A stretch of 64,000 nucleotides of DNA from Botryllus schlosseri (Eukaryota): positions 39,372,001 to 39,436,000 of the forward strand of contig CM119371.1 of the NCBI GenBank assembly GCA_051294905.1, read 5' to 3'. Numbering within the stretch: position 1 is the first letter of the stretch; every line of letters starts with the position of its first letter. The position numbers and the translations under genes were made by a program. Under the pieces are notes generated by a model. That model made no database searches, was not told the origin of the DNA, and was given only the letters and a program-made list of their open reading frames with translations. Below are positions 13,801 through 27,463 of this stretch, piece after piece.

Positions 13801-13909
13801 GACATTACGGATGGTCCCCACACATTTCCAGATGGTGACCCCTCAATTTCTGCACGCAAGGGGATAAAAATGCACATTAACAAACTAAATTAAACATAAT
13901 ATATCTGAC

Positions 13910-15304
13910 CTTTGTAAAGATCGTTTTGTGATTTGGAGAAGACGACGCCTGCCACGAATCGTCGCACAACGGACCATCGTTCTTCGTGGAGATGTTCTTC
14001 ATCGAAGCGAGAGAACTCGTTGAGATTCATTTCTGTTATGAAAATCGCTGCCAGATATTCTTGAAGGCTTTGATGACAGAAAAACAATGTGAAATTTCCT
14101 TCCATCAAATGTCGGCTTAGTAGGTTGTTCCCCGGGACTTTAGTCATCAAATCTTGGACTTCATCTGCCGAAATTCCAAATTCCTTCAAGTCCGCCTCTT
14201 TGAACACGACCCGTCCTTCTCTCATGCCTCGAAATGCCAATGACTTCAGTTTGTTGACGATCGATAAGATTTGTTCCCGATTTCGAATGTTTTCGACGCT
14301 TTGTAGAGATGATATGATCCTGGTGTATAATTCTGTCACCGTTGTTGGAGGAGGTTTATCTGGATCCCTTCCCATCACAACTGCCGTAAGAATCAGAAAA
14401 ACGGGCACAGAGATTAAATTGATCAATCTTGGTGACATAGTCTCAATTTTCTGCCAGAGGTCCTCACCATTCTCTTGGAGTAAAAATGCAAATAACCTAT
14501 GCGCGTCATCATACGTAAGGCCATTCAGCGTGATGATGGTTTCGGGTCGCGCCATCGCCGGTAACTCTGAAACCTTGAACTCGCGCGAAGCTATGTAGAC
14601 ATTAACGTGACGCAGGATATTCCGGGATAAAATGTTGTACATGACTGTGCTGCAGCTTGCTTTTTCGTGCTTTTTCATTTTACGTGGATTTTTCTCAAAA
14701 TCCCACCTTGCTTGATCAAGTCCGTCAAATATGAGGAGTGCATCGGATTGATGTTGATCCAGCCATTTGAATGCCTGATCCTCTTCAAATTCACTTTCGA
14801 AGAGCCCTCCAAATAAAAATTTTGATGGTTTAATATCGCCCTTCACTGCAACGTCTTTCAATTCAATATAATGGACCATTCTTTTACCGAAAGGGGGCAG
14901 ATCCTCAACATGCTTAACTTTTGGAGATGTATCGAGAGCTCGTCGAGCTATTCTGCGTGTAAGTGTGGATTTTCCCGATCCTGCAGATGCCACAATAGCG
15001 GTTATACCAACTGTTACTGATGAGCCTGATTTTTTCTTTTGCCACATGGATGCCATAACGTCCTCGATCCCGATATCTTTCGCTTCAATCGTGTCCTTCC
15101 GAAGAAATCCAACTTCCTGTGTCAGCTGATTATGGCCATAGCGACCTTTGTAATAATCATCAACGTCAATTTGACGCATCTGTGGGTTTACTTCAAAGTC
15201 AGGTTGCTGAAGCGTTTCGTGTCGAAAATCATTAAGGATATCAACGGCCGTCAAATTCACGGTATTTTCGTTGCAAATTTGTAATAGCTTTTCGTTACTG
15301 ATAT
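13910..15304 (-). CDS. NACHT NTPase exon of an NLR-like (NACHT-LRR) gene
   Basis: ORF 13890..15386 has Walker A (IVASAGSGKSTL), Walker B (LLIFDGLDQ), the winged-helix motif FCHQSLQEYLAA and RWSVVRRFVAG. Acceptor tatttttcag|AT at 15304 and donor AAAG|gtcaga at 13910 are both phase 1. Confidence 0.93.
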
Positions 15305-15567
15305 CTGAAAAATACGACATAGAAAGTACAGATATGAAAGATAGAGACAAGTTCAAATCTTCTAATAGATACACTTTCTCGAGCAATCGTTCTCACACGG
15401 TAATTTGACTGCAGATGAGCGCATGCGATAAGACTTTGTTTGGCCAGGGCTGGCTATGGCTGAACGTTAACACAACACCCCCAATAATGATAATGAATTC
15501 CCATACAAGGAAAACCATTATTATCATGACAGTCCTATATGTTGTCCGGTATATTAGCATATAGTAG

Positions 15568-17095
15568 CAGAGTTGGATCAATTACATTATTTCAGTTCAA
15601 TTACAATTACAATTACTCCATGCTAAAAATATCAAATTACAATTACAATTACAATTACTCCTTGCATGCTTCAATTTCATTACAATTACAATTACAATTG
15701 CTGCTGTTGAACATGTAATTGAATAATTATAAATTCAACCGTGCTCCTTGACAACCATAGCGTCGTAATTAACAACAATTCGAGTCTAGTTCAGATTGTG
15801 TAGTAATAAATGCGTTTATGTGCGTACATACTATGCTATGTAAGATGTCATTGTGACGTAATATGAGCGTGTTTTGTATGCTCGGTAATTATGGCTTACG
15901 TAATTGGAAATGTAAAATGTTATTTACCTAATTTCCTATGGGTTAGGATTAAGGATAGGGTGCAGTATGTCGTTGAAAAAAGTATTATAATATATGCACG
16001 TGTTGGATTTGCGTATATAGTATATAATTAAAGAAATAATATTATTTTTATCGAGGGACGTAGGAATTAGGATGAGGAGTAAAAACAAAACCGTGCTTTG
16101 TGAGATAAGACGTTATATAATATCCAGTGGTCTGGTTAGTTAGCCAGACGAAGTAACGATGCAGCATCGTGATCTGAAATCGTATTGTAGATTGCCGACC
16201 CACGGATAGATGCGCAAGATGTGAGTCACGGATGAATGCACCGACAAACGTACTGCAGAGCCGGCTAAAAGCAGCAAACTTTGTAGTCCTAGAGCTGGCG
16301 ATCCAAGCCTCCAAATTTGATGCATCTGGTCTTTATCGTAAGCTATTGATGCACTAATTCCGAAAATACAAATTAAAATCTCGTCAGGGCAATGTAACTG
16401 CTCCAAAATAGCCGTTTAAGGCCGACTTTTCTGAAAAGTGAGAGCGCGGCAGCAGCATGACCACAACAATGACCAATTACGCCCAGCGATTGTTCAGAAC
16501 AATGCCGATTCCCAGACTTTCACGACTATTTTGGGATGGTACCATTGCCTGGAAATATACTTTTATTGCAGAATCAGTGCGACACTAGCTTTCGATTAGG
16601 ACCATACATATCAAATTTCGACGCTTGGATCGCCAGCTATGGGATTATCAATTCTGCTGCTTTTAGTCGGCTCAGCAGTTCGCTTCTCAGCGTATTCAAT
16701 CGTGAGTCACGTGTTGCGAATCCATCCGTTGGTTAGTAATCTAATAATTTTATACAATAGCAGCCGAGGCCAGCATAGCGGTAAAAATAAAAAACTTCGC
16801 CCGCAAGGGCGCAGTCAAGGGCTTCCGCGAATGCATCCACCAAATTCCTTGTCGACATTTAAAGAGAATGCATTATAAGTCAATTATTTTACGATGTGCT
16901 TGTCAGGTCTCAATAGCAATTTAATGTAATTGAAATTGTAATTGAGCAAAATTTTTGTTAAATTACAATTGCAATCACAATTACACAAAATAAAAGTGCT
17001 TAAATTACAATTGCATTACAATTACATTGAAAAATGTAATAATTACATTGAAAATGTAAATAATTACATTACAAATTACAATTGATCCAACTCTG
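15568..17095. mobile_element. hAT-like MITE with (AATTAC)n subterminal arrays
   Basis: cagagttggatcaatt / aattgatccaactctg; TSD tatagtag. Confidence 0.87.
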
Positions 17096-18029
17096 TATAG
17101 TAGTATGTGGTAGTATATACGACATATTGAAAACGACAGATAAGCGTGAGACACTTAAGCATGCGTTACTTTGGCATGTGGTTTTACAACCCTAAAACTT
17201 ACCACAACCCCGAAATCAACATTCATAGATATTATAATCACAAACCCAACCCTAACCCTAACCCACTTCTCAATATAACTAGACTGCAGAGGTCTCAAAC
17301 TCAAATGTCCTCTTGGGCCAATTTCCTAATTTTGATGACGCCGCACGCCGCAGGTCGAAGTTCTATTATGATAAGGTTATTCAGGGTCGAGTATGAACAG
17401 GGACGTAACAGCACTTCGTCAGCACCCCCCCCCAAAAAAAACAACTTTGGTCTTGGGCCCCCCATAGCGCTAGGGGCTATAGGGCTATAGGGCATAGGGC
17501 GAAGCCCCCCAGACCCCGCTCCGACGATACACTGTTTACCACTGTTCATCATATTCATTGGGAGTTTCATTTGTTGCCTAAGCGCGCGAAGCGCGTAAAA
17601 TTTCTAGAATTCCTGATTTTATCGGTCAGTATGATCGGGAATTGCATACATTTTTATCAATTTTTATCTTGTTTCTGCTCACTTAATCAGATTTGCCGGT
17701 AGAGCTGAGTGAGGTGTGTTTGAAAAGGTAGGACCACTCAATAATGATTAAACATCTTCGGGCGTATACCCGTTGGCAGGAACGAAACAGCACCTCGTCA
17801 GGCCCAAAAAACGTGGGTTTTGGGCTCCTATAGGGTGATAAAACGACCCCCCCATCACGTTGTTCGCGTTTGTCACGAAATTACCTGTACTGTATTGTGA
17901 GTCAGGGCGAGGCGCGAAAATTTTCGATAATTTATGATAAAATCGGTCAATCAGACCGGCGATTGCATATATAATATGTATGCTATCAATTTATTGTCCT
18001 CTCTACTCGCGTAATTTATTTTACCGGTA

Positions 18030-18692
18030 GAGCTGAGGGAAGTGTCTTGAAAACGGGAGGGCCAGTAAATAATGATTGAACATCTTCGGGCGGGCGGAAC
18101 TGTTGATAAGACTTCGTTACATGATGTCATTTCGTAACTTCCAGTATGCTATATCGAAAAATATAGAACCGCCCAAACGTAGGCTTCTAAACCAAGAGAC
18201 GCACACGATTTCAAATTGACATTTCTTCATGGCATAAAATTTTCCCAGCGCGATGGTATTTGTCTTGTGAGGTTCAGATTGCAAAGACGGGAACATTCGG
18301 CGCCAGTCATTTAGGCGCCTATGGGCAATTAAACCAAAATGTATTTTGTATATATAGCGAAGTCTTTGGTCTGCATAAGGGCATAGACCTTTTCGGCCAA
18401 GCTTTTCTCGCTGCCAATCGTTCTGGCACATTTCTTGGAGTCGCATGTTATATGGCCTAAAACTTGATTGTAAGTCTTGGTGGGTCGTGGCGCGGTGATG
18501 GCCCAATACCCAATAATAAAGATATATGACTACTCGAATTCGCGACCAGCGCGAAAATTTTTTAAAAAAATTGCATAAATTTTCAAAAAATACTCTAGGA
18601 TTTGTGCTAATTCACGAAATAATTTTGGGCCTCCCATCGAGCTCGCCCCCCTCCCCACTTGGGGGTTTGGGGTGCGGCAGTTACGGTGCTGA
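18030..18692. repeat. Dispersed repeat family; inverted copy at about 22765-23395 and fragment at about 58540-58730
   Basis: For example, 18241-18333 is the reverse-complement homolog of 23105-23200. Confidence 0.65.
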
Positions 18693-19584
18693 GTATGACG
18701 GATTCATGTATACGATCCAAGTAGGCCTTGTTTGACGGCACCTTGCAGACAGGCATTCCAAAAGCATCGTGAAAATGCAATTTACTATTATACTATTCAA
18801 GCTTTGCACGAACAAATTGCATTTTCAAATGTTTGAATCAAATCGTTTTTGTGCCGGCATAATTTGTTAGAATAACGAGTTATAGACCTCATGCGAGAGG
18901 ACACTTGATGACACCGTAAAAACTGTCGGATTATATTATTGTAGCTAGCGGACCTTTGACGTGCCACAATTTTATGTTGAATGTTTTAGAATTTACTAAA
19001 TATTGATCTGATATCAGAGCATGTGAGCGGTGTAGCCTAATCGGGGTTTCTGATATAGTCGCGATAAGTAGGCTATTGTTACTGTCATTGCCAAAGTCAA
19101 ATTAAACCAGCGTTAGATTTTTTCCGGTAATATTGAAAGAGGTCAAAAACAACTCAATTTTTTTGTTTTTGTGGTATTCATGATGTTTGTCGACTACTAT
19201 GGTCATTTACACCAGGCCGATATTTTGCATTATTACTGCCGATTTATAGCACGACCTACCTCAAGACTTTTTGTAAGACACCGCTTACGCGAATGGGATG
19301 GCGAGGAGGAACCTAGGTAAACCTGCAACATTTGGATTAACAACTTGGATATAATCATTATTTGGTCATAGTTATATCATTGTTTCTAAACCTTTTTCTG
19401 CGATCGTACACATTGTGCTTTAAATGAGATTTCCGGTCCCCACTGTCCATTACAACACAATTTCTGAGGGTATATTATCCCGTTGAATAAATTGGCTAAG
19501 AAAATATTCCACAGCATATAGGCCTATTTCCACTATGGATCTCGTATCCTTAATGTGGTGCTTCCTACCACGGCGGGGCTATGG

Positions 19585-20702
19585 TAGGATTGCCATACGT
19601 CCGGAATTTTCCGGACATGTCCGGAATTTCACTGTTCAATCTGGCGTCAGGAAGGAATTTCTAAAATATGCCAAATGTCCGGAATTTCGAAGACTTGGCA
19701 TAGGCTCATAATTTTGTCGTAAATCAACATGAAAACCTTATTTTTGGGACTATTTATGCTGATACATGATATTTTTCTTCGCGCTGGGCGCGATTTACCA
19801 TCACTTTTATTGATTTTAATATGTAGACTATCACCTTCGCCAAAACTGCAATAAAATATAAATGAAAACAAGCCTCATTTACTGGAATAAGCCTAATTGT
19901 AATCGTAATTATAGGGGAACAGTATATTCCTAGAGATCGTTAAGGCCGTTGAAATGCTTTATTTAAAGATAGTGGTTCAAAACGTGGGGGGTCATTTGCC
20001 TTTATTCTAGGGGCTGCGAATATGTTGAACATAATCAGCTTCCAAAATAGCCCATGAGTAAGTCTGGGCAAAGGTGCTGACTTCTTTAAGTAATTAGCTC
20101 GTCAAATTTTGATCTGGGCCACGGAACATTGGAGATCGAGTCGCGGCCATAACAGGCTGGAAACTACTGGATCTGGGGTGTTTATAAAGCTCCGTGGTGC
20201 GCACCGGCATAAGGCTGATATTTAATCTTATCGGTAGGACATGAACATGACTTAACGATGTGCAATGACGCTCCCTGTATTTTCGAACTCATCGTCCTCC
20301 ACCAGCTCTACCGCTAACTCTGATAATGTGGGCGGAGAGTATAGTATCTATATAGTAATATACGGAACAACCAATATTATTGACATAATTTATTCAACAA
20401 ATTTAACGACCAGATGCATATAGTTAGAAACCAGATTCAGATAGAAAGCACCCCCATAAGTTGCATCGATTACCCCATAGTGTGGGCTCAAAGTCATTGT
20501 TCATTTGGGCGGTAAGGGGTAAAAAACATGTGCTTTCGGTCCCGGTTACACAACACACAGCCACATACTCCTGGGCCATATCGTGACCACCTCTAGTCTA
20601 CAAACACAGCTTTACTAGTGTGACGTCATAACTCATTTTGAAATTCACTAGTGGGCGCTGAAGAGTGTCCGGAATCTGAGTAGCAGAAATATGGTAACCC
20701 TA
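19585..20702. mobile_element. hAT-like MITE
   Basis: taggattgccata / tatggtaacccta; TSD ggctatgg; tccggaattt subterminal repeats. Confidence 0.8.
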
Positions 20703-23700
20703 GGCTATGGACCCCAGGTTAAGATCCCACAATGCATCTCGTATCCTTAATGTGGTGCTTCCTACCATGGCGGGGATGCGGACACCTGGTTAAGAACCCC
20801 TGAAATAGAAGTGACTAATCGCTAAAGAATCCATAGGTCTTACAGCGGTGAAACAATATCACCACCTTACTCGTCAGCGATAATAACATGGACAAAGAGA
20901 ACAAACAACACCAAAGATGTCACCAAATATGTGTCACGGGGGCCATACAGTGCCCATGGTTTCCACACATACTTGATGGACAACGCAAGCTATGTATGGG
21001 CTTTTGATATATAACTATATTCCCCAAGACAGTTTCATAGATTGTTACGTCCGCAGGATTACCAAGTCTCTATACAGAGACGCAAGTCCTTCTCTGATTT
21101 TAGCGCTTGACCCGACTCAACTCGAGCCATTTTAGCTTATTATCACCCAGTCAATCTAAAACAGTGTAATTTGACGAAAGGTCGCACCAAACAAATTCAT
21201 AATTTTTAAGCACGAATCATCAACGGGTCATGTTTCATCATCATGAACCTGAAATGTGACGTAACATGCAACGCATGGCAGATTTTAGAAGTGATGTCAT
21301 AGTGAAGTGGGCACTTCAATATTGTCGATTACTTTAATTTCCCAAATGCTTTCGCTCGCCGCACAAAATGTTCCCGCGGGCCGCGTGTTTGAGACCCTTT
21401 AACTAGACCAGTGGTCGGGAACCTATGGCTCGCGAGTCATATATGGCTCTTTTGGGTATAAGATATGGCTCTTTGCCAAATATTTTTTTTGCGGAATTGA
21501 TCGATATAGTAGAAAATTTTCATCACGATCAAACTAATTATTGCCGTGGCAGTGTAGACATGTCTTCGAGAGGTAAAGGCAATGCCGTCTTCCGGGTTAG
21601 GGGTTCGAACTCTTTTGAAAATCCTCAAATTTAAGTCACTGTCTCGTCGGCGACCAATATCACTTGCGAGTTCGATGTAGCTTACCAGACACGAAATCTT
21701 GAATAGCGCGATACATTGGTTTATCAAAGAGAATAGCAGACATGGCGACACCAATATGACGATGCAGTTTTCAAATACACATTGTCTTCCTGATCTACGG
21801 CGCGAAATGAACTGCCGTGAACGTGACATTTACAATAACTAGCTCGAATTACAAATGACGCCATAGCTATCCGCGTTCTTGATTGGCAAGTAGCTCTACC
21901 GGCGATTAAATAGGCGTCTAGGCGTGTAGCGCAACGTTAGATGAACCACCGAATACTTTGAGAATCGAGAAGTCGATCAGTATTTAGATCTTCGGAATCA
22001 ATGGCGAGGCTTGACCCGTACGTGTCTTACCTTCCGTTTCGCACTTTATTTTCGAACAATAAAATGCGAATTGTGGTAATTTGGGAGAAGAATGTTAAAA
22101 ATCTAGTCATTCATGAACATCAATAGAAAATACCAATAATAATTGAAGGTTTCCAAATTTTCGTCAACAGCTTACAGTGCGTAGGCCAGGCCTATATAGA
22201 TTACTGTAGTGACCAATGACCATGTTTGGCTGCACCTACTCATGTGATCATATGTACTCGAGTATGTACTCGATTTTGCCCAGCCCTAGATATACATAAC
22301 CATTTTCCGTAATAACTTCGATAAGCTGCTAGATCAGTGGTTCCCAAACGATGGGGAATTCTCCCCTGGGGGGGGGAATTCAATGGTTTCTGGTGGGGAA
22401 TAGACGCATTTGTTCAAAATTATATACAGGACAGTCTACATATTCACGGAGACGTATGCGCAATTACCGTTACCAGTTAACTGCTTTGGAGTGTATGTAT
22501 CGAAAATTATATTGCGTGTTGTTCACAAAACCTCATTTTTAACTCTGGACGGCCAATCATGGCGCCACAAACTCATCCAGCACGACTAGTTTGACGTGAA
22601 ATACCGCTTTTGGGAAATTTTGACCGTTACTGGATCGTTTTATGCTGCAGTTATAGACGATTGTCTTGCGTACTGGTGTGGTTGGGTGTCTTGTGTAGTC
22701 AAACCAGCAGATATCAGCTCTGTGATGAAAAAAGTTTTGGGTAGGCTAGTGAGGAACAGGACATTAACTGCCGCACCCCAAACCCAACAATTGAGGGGGC
22801 GAGCTCCTAGGGGCCAAAAATTATTTCATGAATTAGCATAAATTAGAGAGTATTTTTTTTAAATTTGTGCCACTTTTTCAAAAAATTTCGCGCTGGGGGC
22901 CCGGTTTAATATTGCCGAATATATTGATTATTGGGTATACCCTTCCACCACGAAAATACGTAGATTTTATAGAAATGGAGACTACGGCGTCGGCCATTAC
23001 CGCGCCTCGATGCACCAAGGCATATGAAGTTATAGGCCATGTAACATGCGCCTCCGAGAAGTGTGGTAACCGAAAACTTCGATATATATACAATATACAT
23101 ATATTTTAATTGTCCATGGGCGACTAAATGGATGGCGCTGAATGTTCCTGTCCTGACGATCTGAACCCCTAAGGACAAATGCCATCCCGCTGGGAAAAAT
23201 TATTTGCCAGTAAAGCAATACCAATATGAAATCGTGTGTGGCTTTTAGTTTTGGCGATTTCCATATTATGTGACATAGCAGATATAGGAGGTCACGAAAT
23301 AACATGATGCAACGAAGTCAATATAGCAACGGGTGCGCCCGAAAAGATGTTTAATACTTATTTAGGGGTCTTACATTTTCCAACACACCTCACTCAGGAG
23401 GTTCTGGGGGGATTTATTTGGTTTATCACCCTGTGGGGGACCCAAGACCAACGTTTTTTTCGGGAGGGGAGGGGGTAACGAAGTGCTGTTACGGTCTTGG
23501 CGGGGAATGAAGGCTCGGAATAAATCTGAAGTGGAGAATGAAGACAAAAAGGTTGGGAATCACTGTGCAGAAATGCAGTTGCGGAATTCGCTTTGAAATA
23601 ATAAAAGTCAACCCAATTTCTTGACATGAACATTGAATAGTATATGATCTTATTTTCATTTTTGTTGCGGTATATCACTAAGCCTACAGATATCATTTGT

Positions 23701-24696
23701 GCAAGACAGATGACGATTGCACGATATTTGAGCTAAATTTGAACTAAAACTTCGTGGGGGTCCGCGGGGTCCGTGACGGTCCGTAAGGGGTCAGTGAAGT
23801 GAGTCAGTGAGAACCACTGATTTAGGAAGTCATCGAATGATGCTTTCAACCAAGCAATAAGATTGATATCGTTGTGTGATGTAAAATAATCTAGCAGGCC
23901 GGGTCAATCTTGATTTCATAGGTTATTGTATCATGAAAACCAAATCCGTGGGATTGGGGTGTTGGCTACTCTTGTATAACTTGTAAATGGGGTAATAACA
24001 TTAAGTAAAAAAAACGTTTTGCAATCTGCTCAATATCACCGTAGCAATACTCAGGCGCGAAATACATTGTCGGGTCTTGCCTAGACCGATAGGGTGTTCG
24101 GATATCTATCCCCTTGCAAGTCCTCGTCGAAATGGTTAGCAAAGCGACGGAAAATATTGATTTTAGGGGAATATTAATTAAATTTGATTACCCCAATTGG
24201 TACATTAAACGACGGTTAAAACGTCTATATGTCCTTCAGCATTATGGCAATATGTGGCCAGAGTAGTTGCTAGATATCGTGTGCATTAGTATCGGCTATC
24301 ACGTCACTGAAATGTAGGGTAGGAATTAGCAATACGACGTCACGTCACGTCATGAGGTTCCTGCTCGCGCTCACACGGAACCTTTCAAAAAGGTTTGCGT
24401 TCACATGAACCTGAACCTTTCAGGGGTTCACACCATCCCTTAAGTATTCCCTGTGAAAGAATATTTAGTTCGTATTGGGACTTGTCTGTTGTAAAAATAT
24501 ATTCTCCTAGTCAATAGTTCAGATCGGTGTTTTTCAGACCATTTCACACAATCCCCCCTGGCAACGAACCAGGTATCAACGCCCCGTAACCCGCGAAACG
24601 ATCGTTACCATATCCTTACTTTGGGACTAGATTTGATATAAACAAATCCCTTGAAACGCAGTGAACATTGAAACTACAACAGCATGCATATCTCAC

Positions 24697-24840
24697 CTTT
24701 GCTTGGTGCCGAATGATCCTCAACTATGACGTGATGATGGTGTTGAATAATCTGGTTCCCAGCTACAGCATTTACAAAGCTATTTTCGAATGTTTGAGCG
24801 ACATTTTTTCCCTCGCCTAGTTTTGCAGAATTTGCAGAAC
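24697..24840 (-). CDS. Putative upstream NLR exon (144 nt, phase 1-1) carrying a RHIM/amyloid-like motif, copy 2
   Basis: Acceptor atcttcacag|GT and donor AAAG|gtgaga. Encodes SANSAKLGEGKNVAQTFENSFVNAVAGNQIIQHHHHVIVEDHSAPSK and splices in frame to the NACHT exon (K-D-ISNEK). Confidence 0.65.
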
Positions 24841-24962
24841 CTGTGAAGATTTGACGTGTGAAATCGCGTAGACTGTTCGGATGATAAATAAAATATGCTA
24901 TCTCTTTATTCAGTCTTTCCGATGCTTTCTCATAATGCCTAAAATCTCTCTTCAATCTAGTG

Positions 24963-26517
24963 CAGTGGTTCCCAACCTTTTTCATCTCGTGCCTCCCTTG
25001 GCCGAAATTTGAGCCAAAATTCCCCCCTTAGGAGAAATCTGCCCGATGATTAAAAAAGGTCATTTTTAACCGAGCAATCGCCTGTTGACCGAAGAATGAG
25101 ACGGGCGGTACAGAGTGTTTGTTTCTAGCAGTGCTGTAACAACACTTTGTAGACCTCCAAAAACAATGGTCTTGGTCCCAATCAAACAAATTCTGGAAGG
25201 CTTGACTCAACAGACCCCATATTTCCATTCGTGTTTTCGGCTTATCATGCACTAATCGCTAATATAACAGCTGTGAAAAATCAGTATGCATAAATTTACT
25301 GGTCTCGCGATTTTTTTCTCAAGTTTGCGTATGCATTTGGCCAATAATATTGGTACTTTCATATATAGCAGGATTGAACACACTCGAATCGAACTCGAGT
25401 CAGCATTTTCTGATGTCTCGACTTGACTCGAGTCATAGTTTCAAAATAGGGAAACGACTCGACTCGACTAGAGACAATTTGTTTATTGACTCGACTTGGA
25501 GTTATTGTACATGACTCGAACCAAGTCATATGACTCGTGACTATAAGACGGCCAAGACCGATATTTCATTGTAATTTCGCAGAACAGTAAAGTGACCTTC
25601 CTATTGGAATTTCGTCTATTGGTCCTGGTACTTGAAAATGCGACAATAAACTGCTCAAAGTGAAGAAAATTAGTATATTATAAATCAAAATCATTCAATA
25701 TTACCAAAGAGAGTTATAAAAAGTGAGTCTGACAAGACTTCAACTGGAAATTGAGCAGTCAACACAATGACTTGGACTTGGACTCGAGTCATAATACCAT
25801 GATCTGACTCGACCCCATGCTCGGTGACTTGGACCGTCGGACTTGACTCAATAGTGAATTGAAAATGACTCGACTTGATTCGAGTCAAAACTATTAAAGT
25901 GAGATTGACTTGTGACTCGGAGCCTCGTGACTTGGTTACAGCCCTGATATATACCCTGATATACGACATACACGTGATCAGATTTCCTGCTTGAGCTCAT
26001 TGAAATTTAGGACACTCATTCTGTTTCGGCAACATTGTACCAAGTTTAACATGCATTTTTTCGATCGAGTAGAGGTTAGCGATCTCTTTGACTTGAGTCG
26101 ATGGCGTTGGAATATTTTGTCACTTTATGAAAATGTTGACTTGAAAATATAAGATAAATACTTTCGTTAGAGGCCTTGTTGTGTTAGATTCGGCAGGACA
26201 TTTGCTCGCTTAGAATATATTTGATTGAGAGGCCGTCTCTGGCCTACAAAATTGTCTTGCGAACTGCAGCACATCTGAACTAGTTTTTAAAAAACAAGGA
26301 CCTTGTATGTGAGAAAGAGATTTCAAATAGCAGTTGAATATACTTTCAGCAAAAAAACAGCTATGAGGAGCATACGTTCTGATATAACTGGTTGACTACA
26401 TGACAGTTCGGACATGAACAATTTGGGAAATCCGTTACAATTCTAAAGTGGAATTCCTCCCTAAAAATTGCAAAATTCCCCCCAAGGGGGGAATTCCTCC
26501 CCGGTTGGGAAACACTG
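24963..26517. mobile_element. hAT-like MITE with nested GACTC-repeat MITE (25369-25946)
   Basis: cagtggttcccaacc / ggttgggaaacactg; TSD atctagtg. The inner element has TSD atatatag/atatatac. Confidence 0.85.
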
Positions 26518-26541
26518 ATCTAGTGCATCATTTCACATACC

Positions 26542-27463
26542 CAGTGTTGGGGTAACTCAAGTAATGACTTGACTCGAGTCATACTCGAGTGAACATTTTT
26601 GTATGACCTGACTTGACTGGAGTCACTTGCAAAAATGTCTTGACTTGACTCGGCGCTTCAAAAATGTCAATTGATTCGTGACTCGCCGCAGAATTTGCGA
26701 GTCAATTCCATGTCATCCGGTATACGGTGTTGATTCGGATTGTTTGCGATACGCACTTGTGAGGGCAACCAGTCATTTACTCATTTTGAATTGACCGCAA
26801 ACGAAACGATCTCTGCTTCCGTTGTCGTCGTCGTAGTAGTAGATTAATCTAACAGTAACGCATCTTTGTTTCGTAGACGGCCCAATGCTTACATTACGCA
26901 GTACTTACCTCTACCAAACATATTGTATAATTTAAATGGAACGAACATAGTTTATGCGTTTATATTATCGCAGATTTGTAGATGGGAAGTGTAGGCAACT
27001 GTACCATATCAATTTGTTTCGACGCCTCAATGCTTCGTATTCGATCCTCTATTTTGATTGACAATAACAGACCATAGCATGTAGCTATACGCACCACTTA
27101 CCCACGTATTTCATCACCAGTTCTAAGTGTACGTGAGCGATACAACCCATATTTGCATGTATATTTAACTTTATATTTGGTATTTGATTCAACATGTCCA
27201 ATTAATCTGCCAGTCCCCAAGTCAGCAAAATGTAATGCATCATCACTCATGCTTCGAGAATGCAATTTCACTCAAATCGAGACTTGACTCGTGACTTGAC
27301 TTGTCTTGACTCGACTGGACTCGAGTGATCTCCAAAAATGAGTGACTTGACTTGACTCGAATCACCTTCGAAAATCGATTCACTTGACTTGACTCGAGGC
27401 AAAATGTGGGATGACTCGAGATGACTCGTGACTCGAAAGTAGTGAGACTTGATCCGAACACGG
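26542..27463. mobile_element. hAT-like MITE with GACTC/GACTT subterminal arrays
   Basis: cagtgttggg / ccgaacacgg; TSD cacatacc at 26534-26541 and 27464-27471. Confidence 0.8.

Noticed and set aside
14089..14598. 169-aa plus-strand ORF
   Set aside because: Antisense shadow of the NACHT exon with no recognisable motifs.
17241..17266. (TAACCC)n telomere-like repeat
   Set aside because: Only 2-3 units in an interstitial repeat context; not a telomere.
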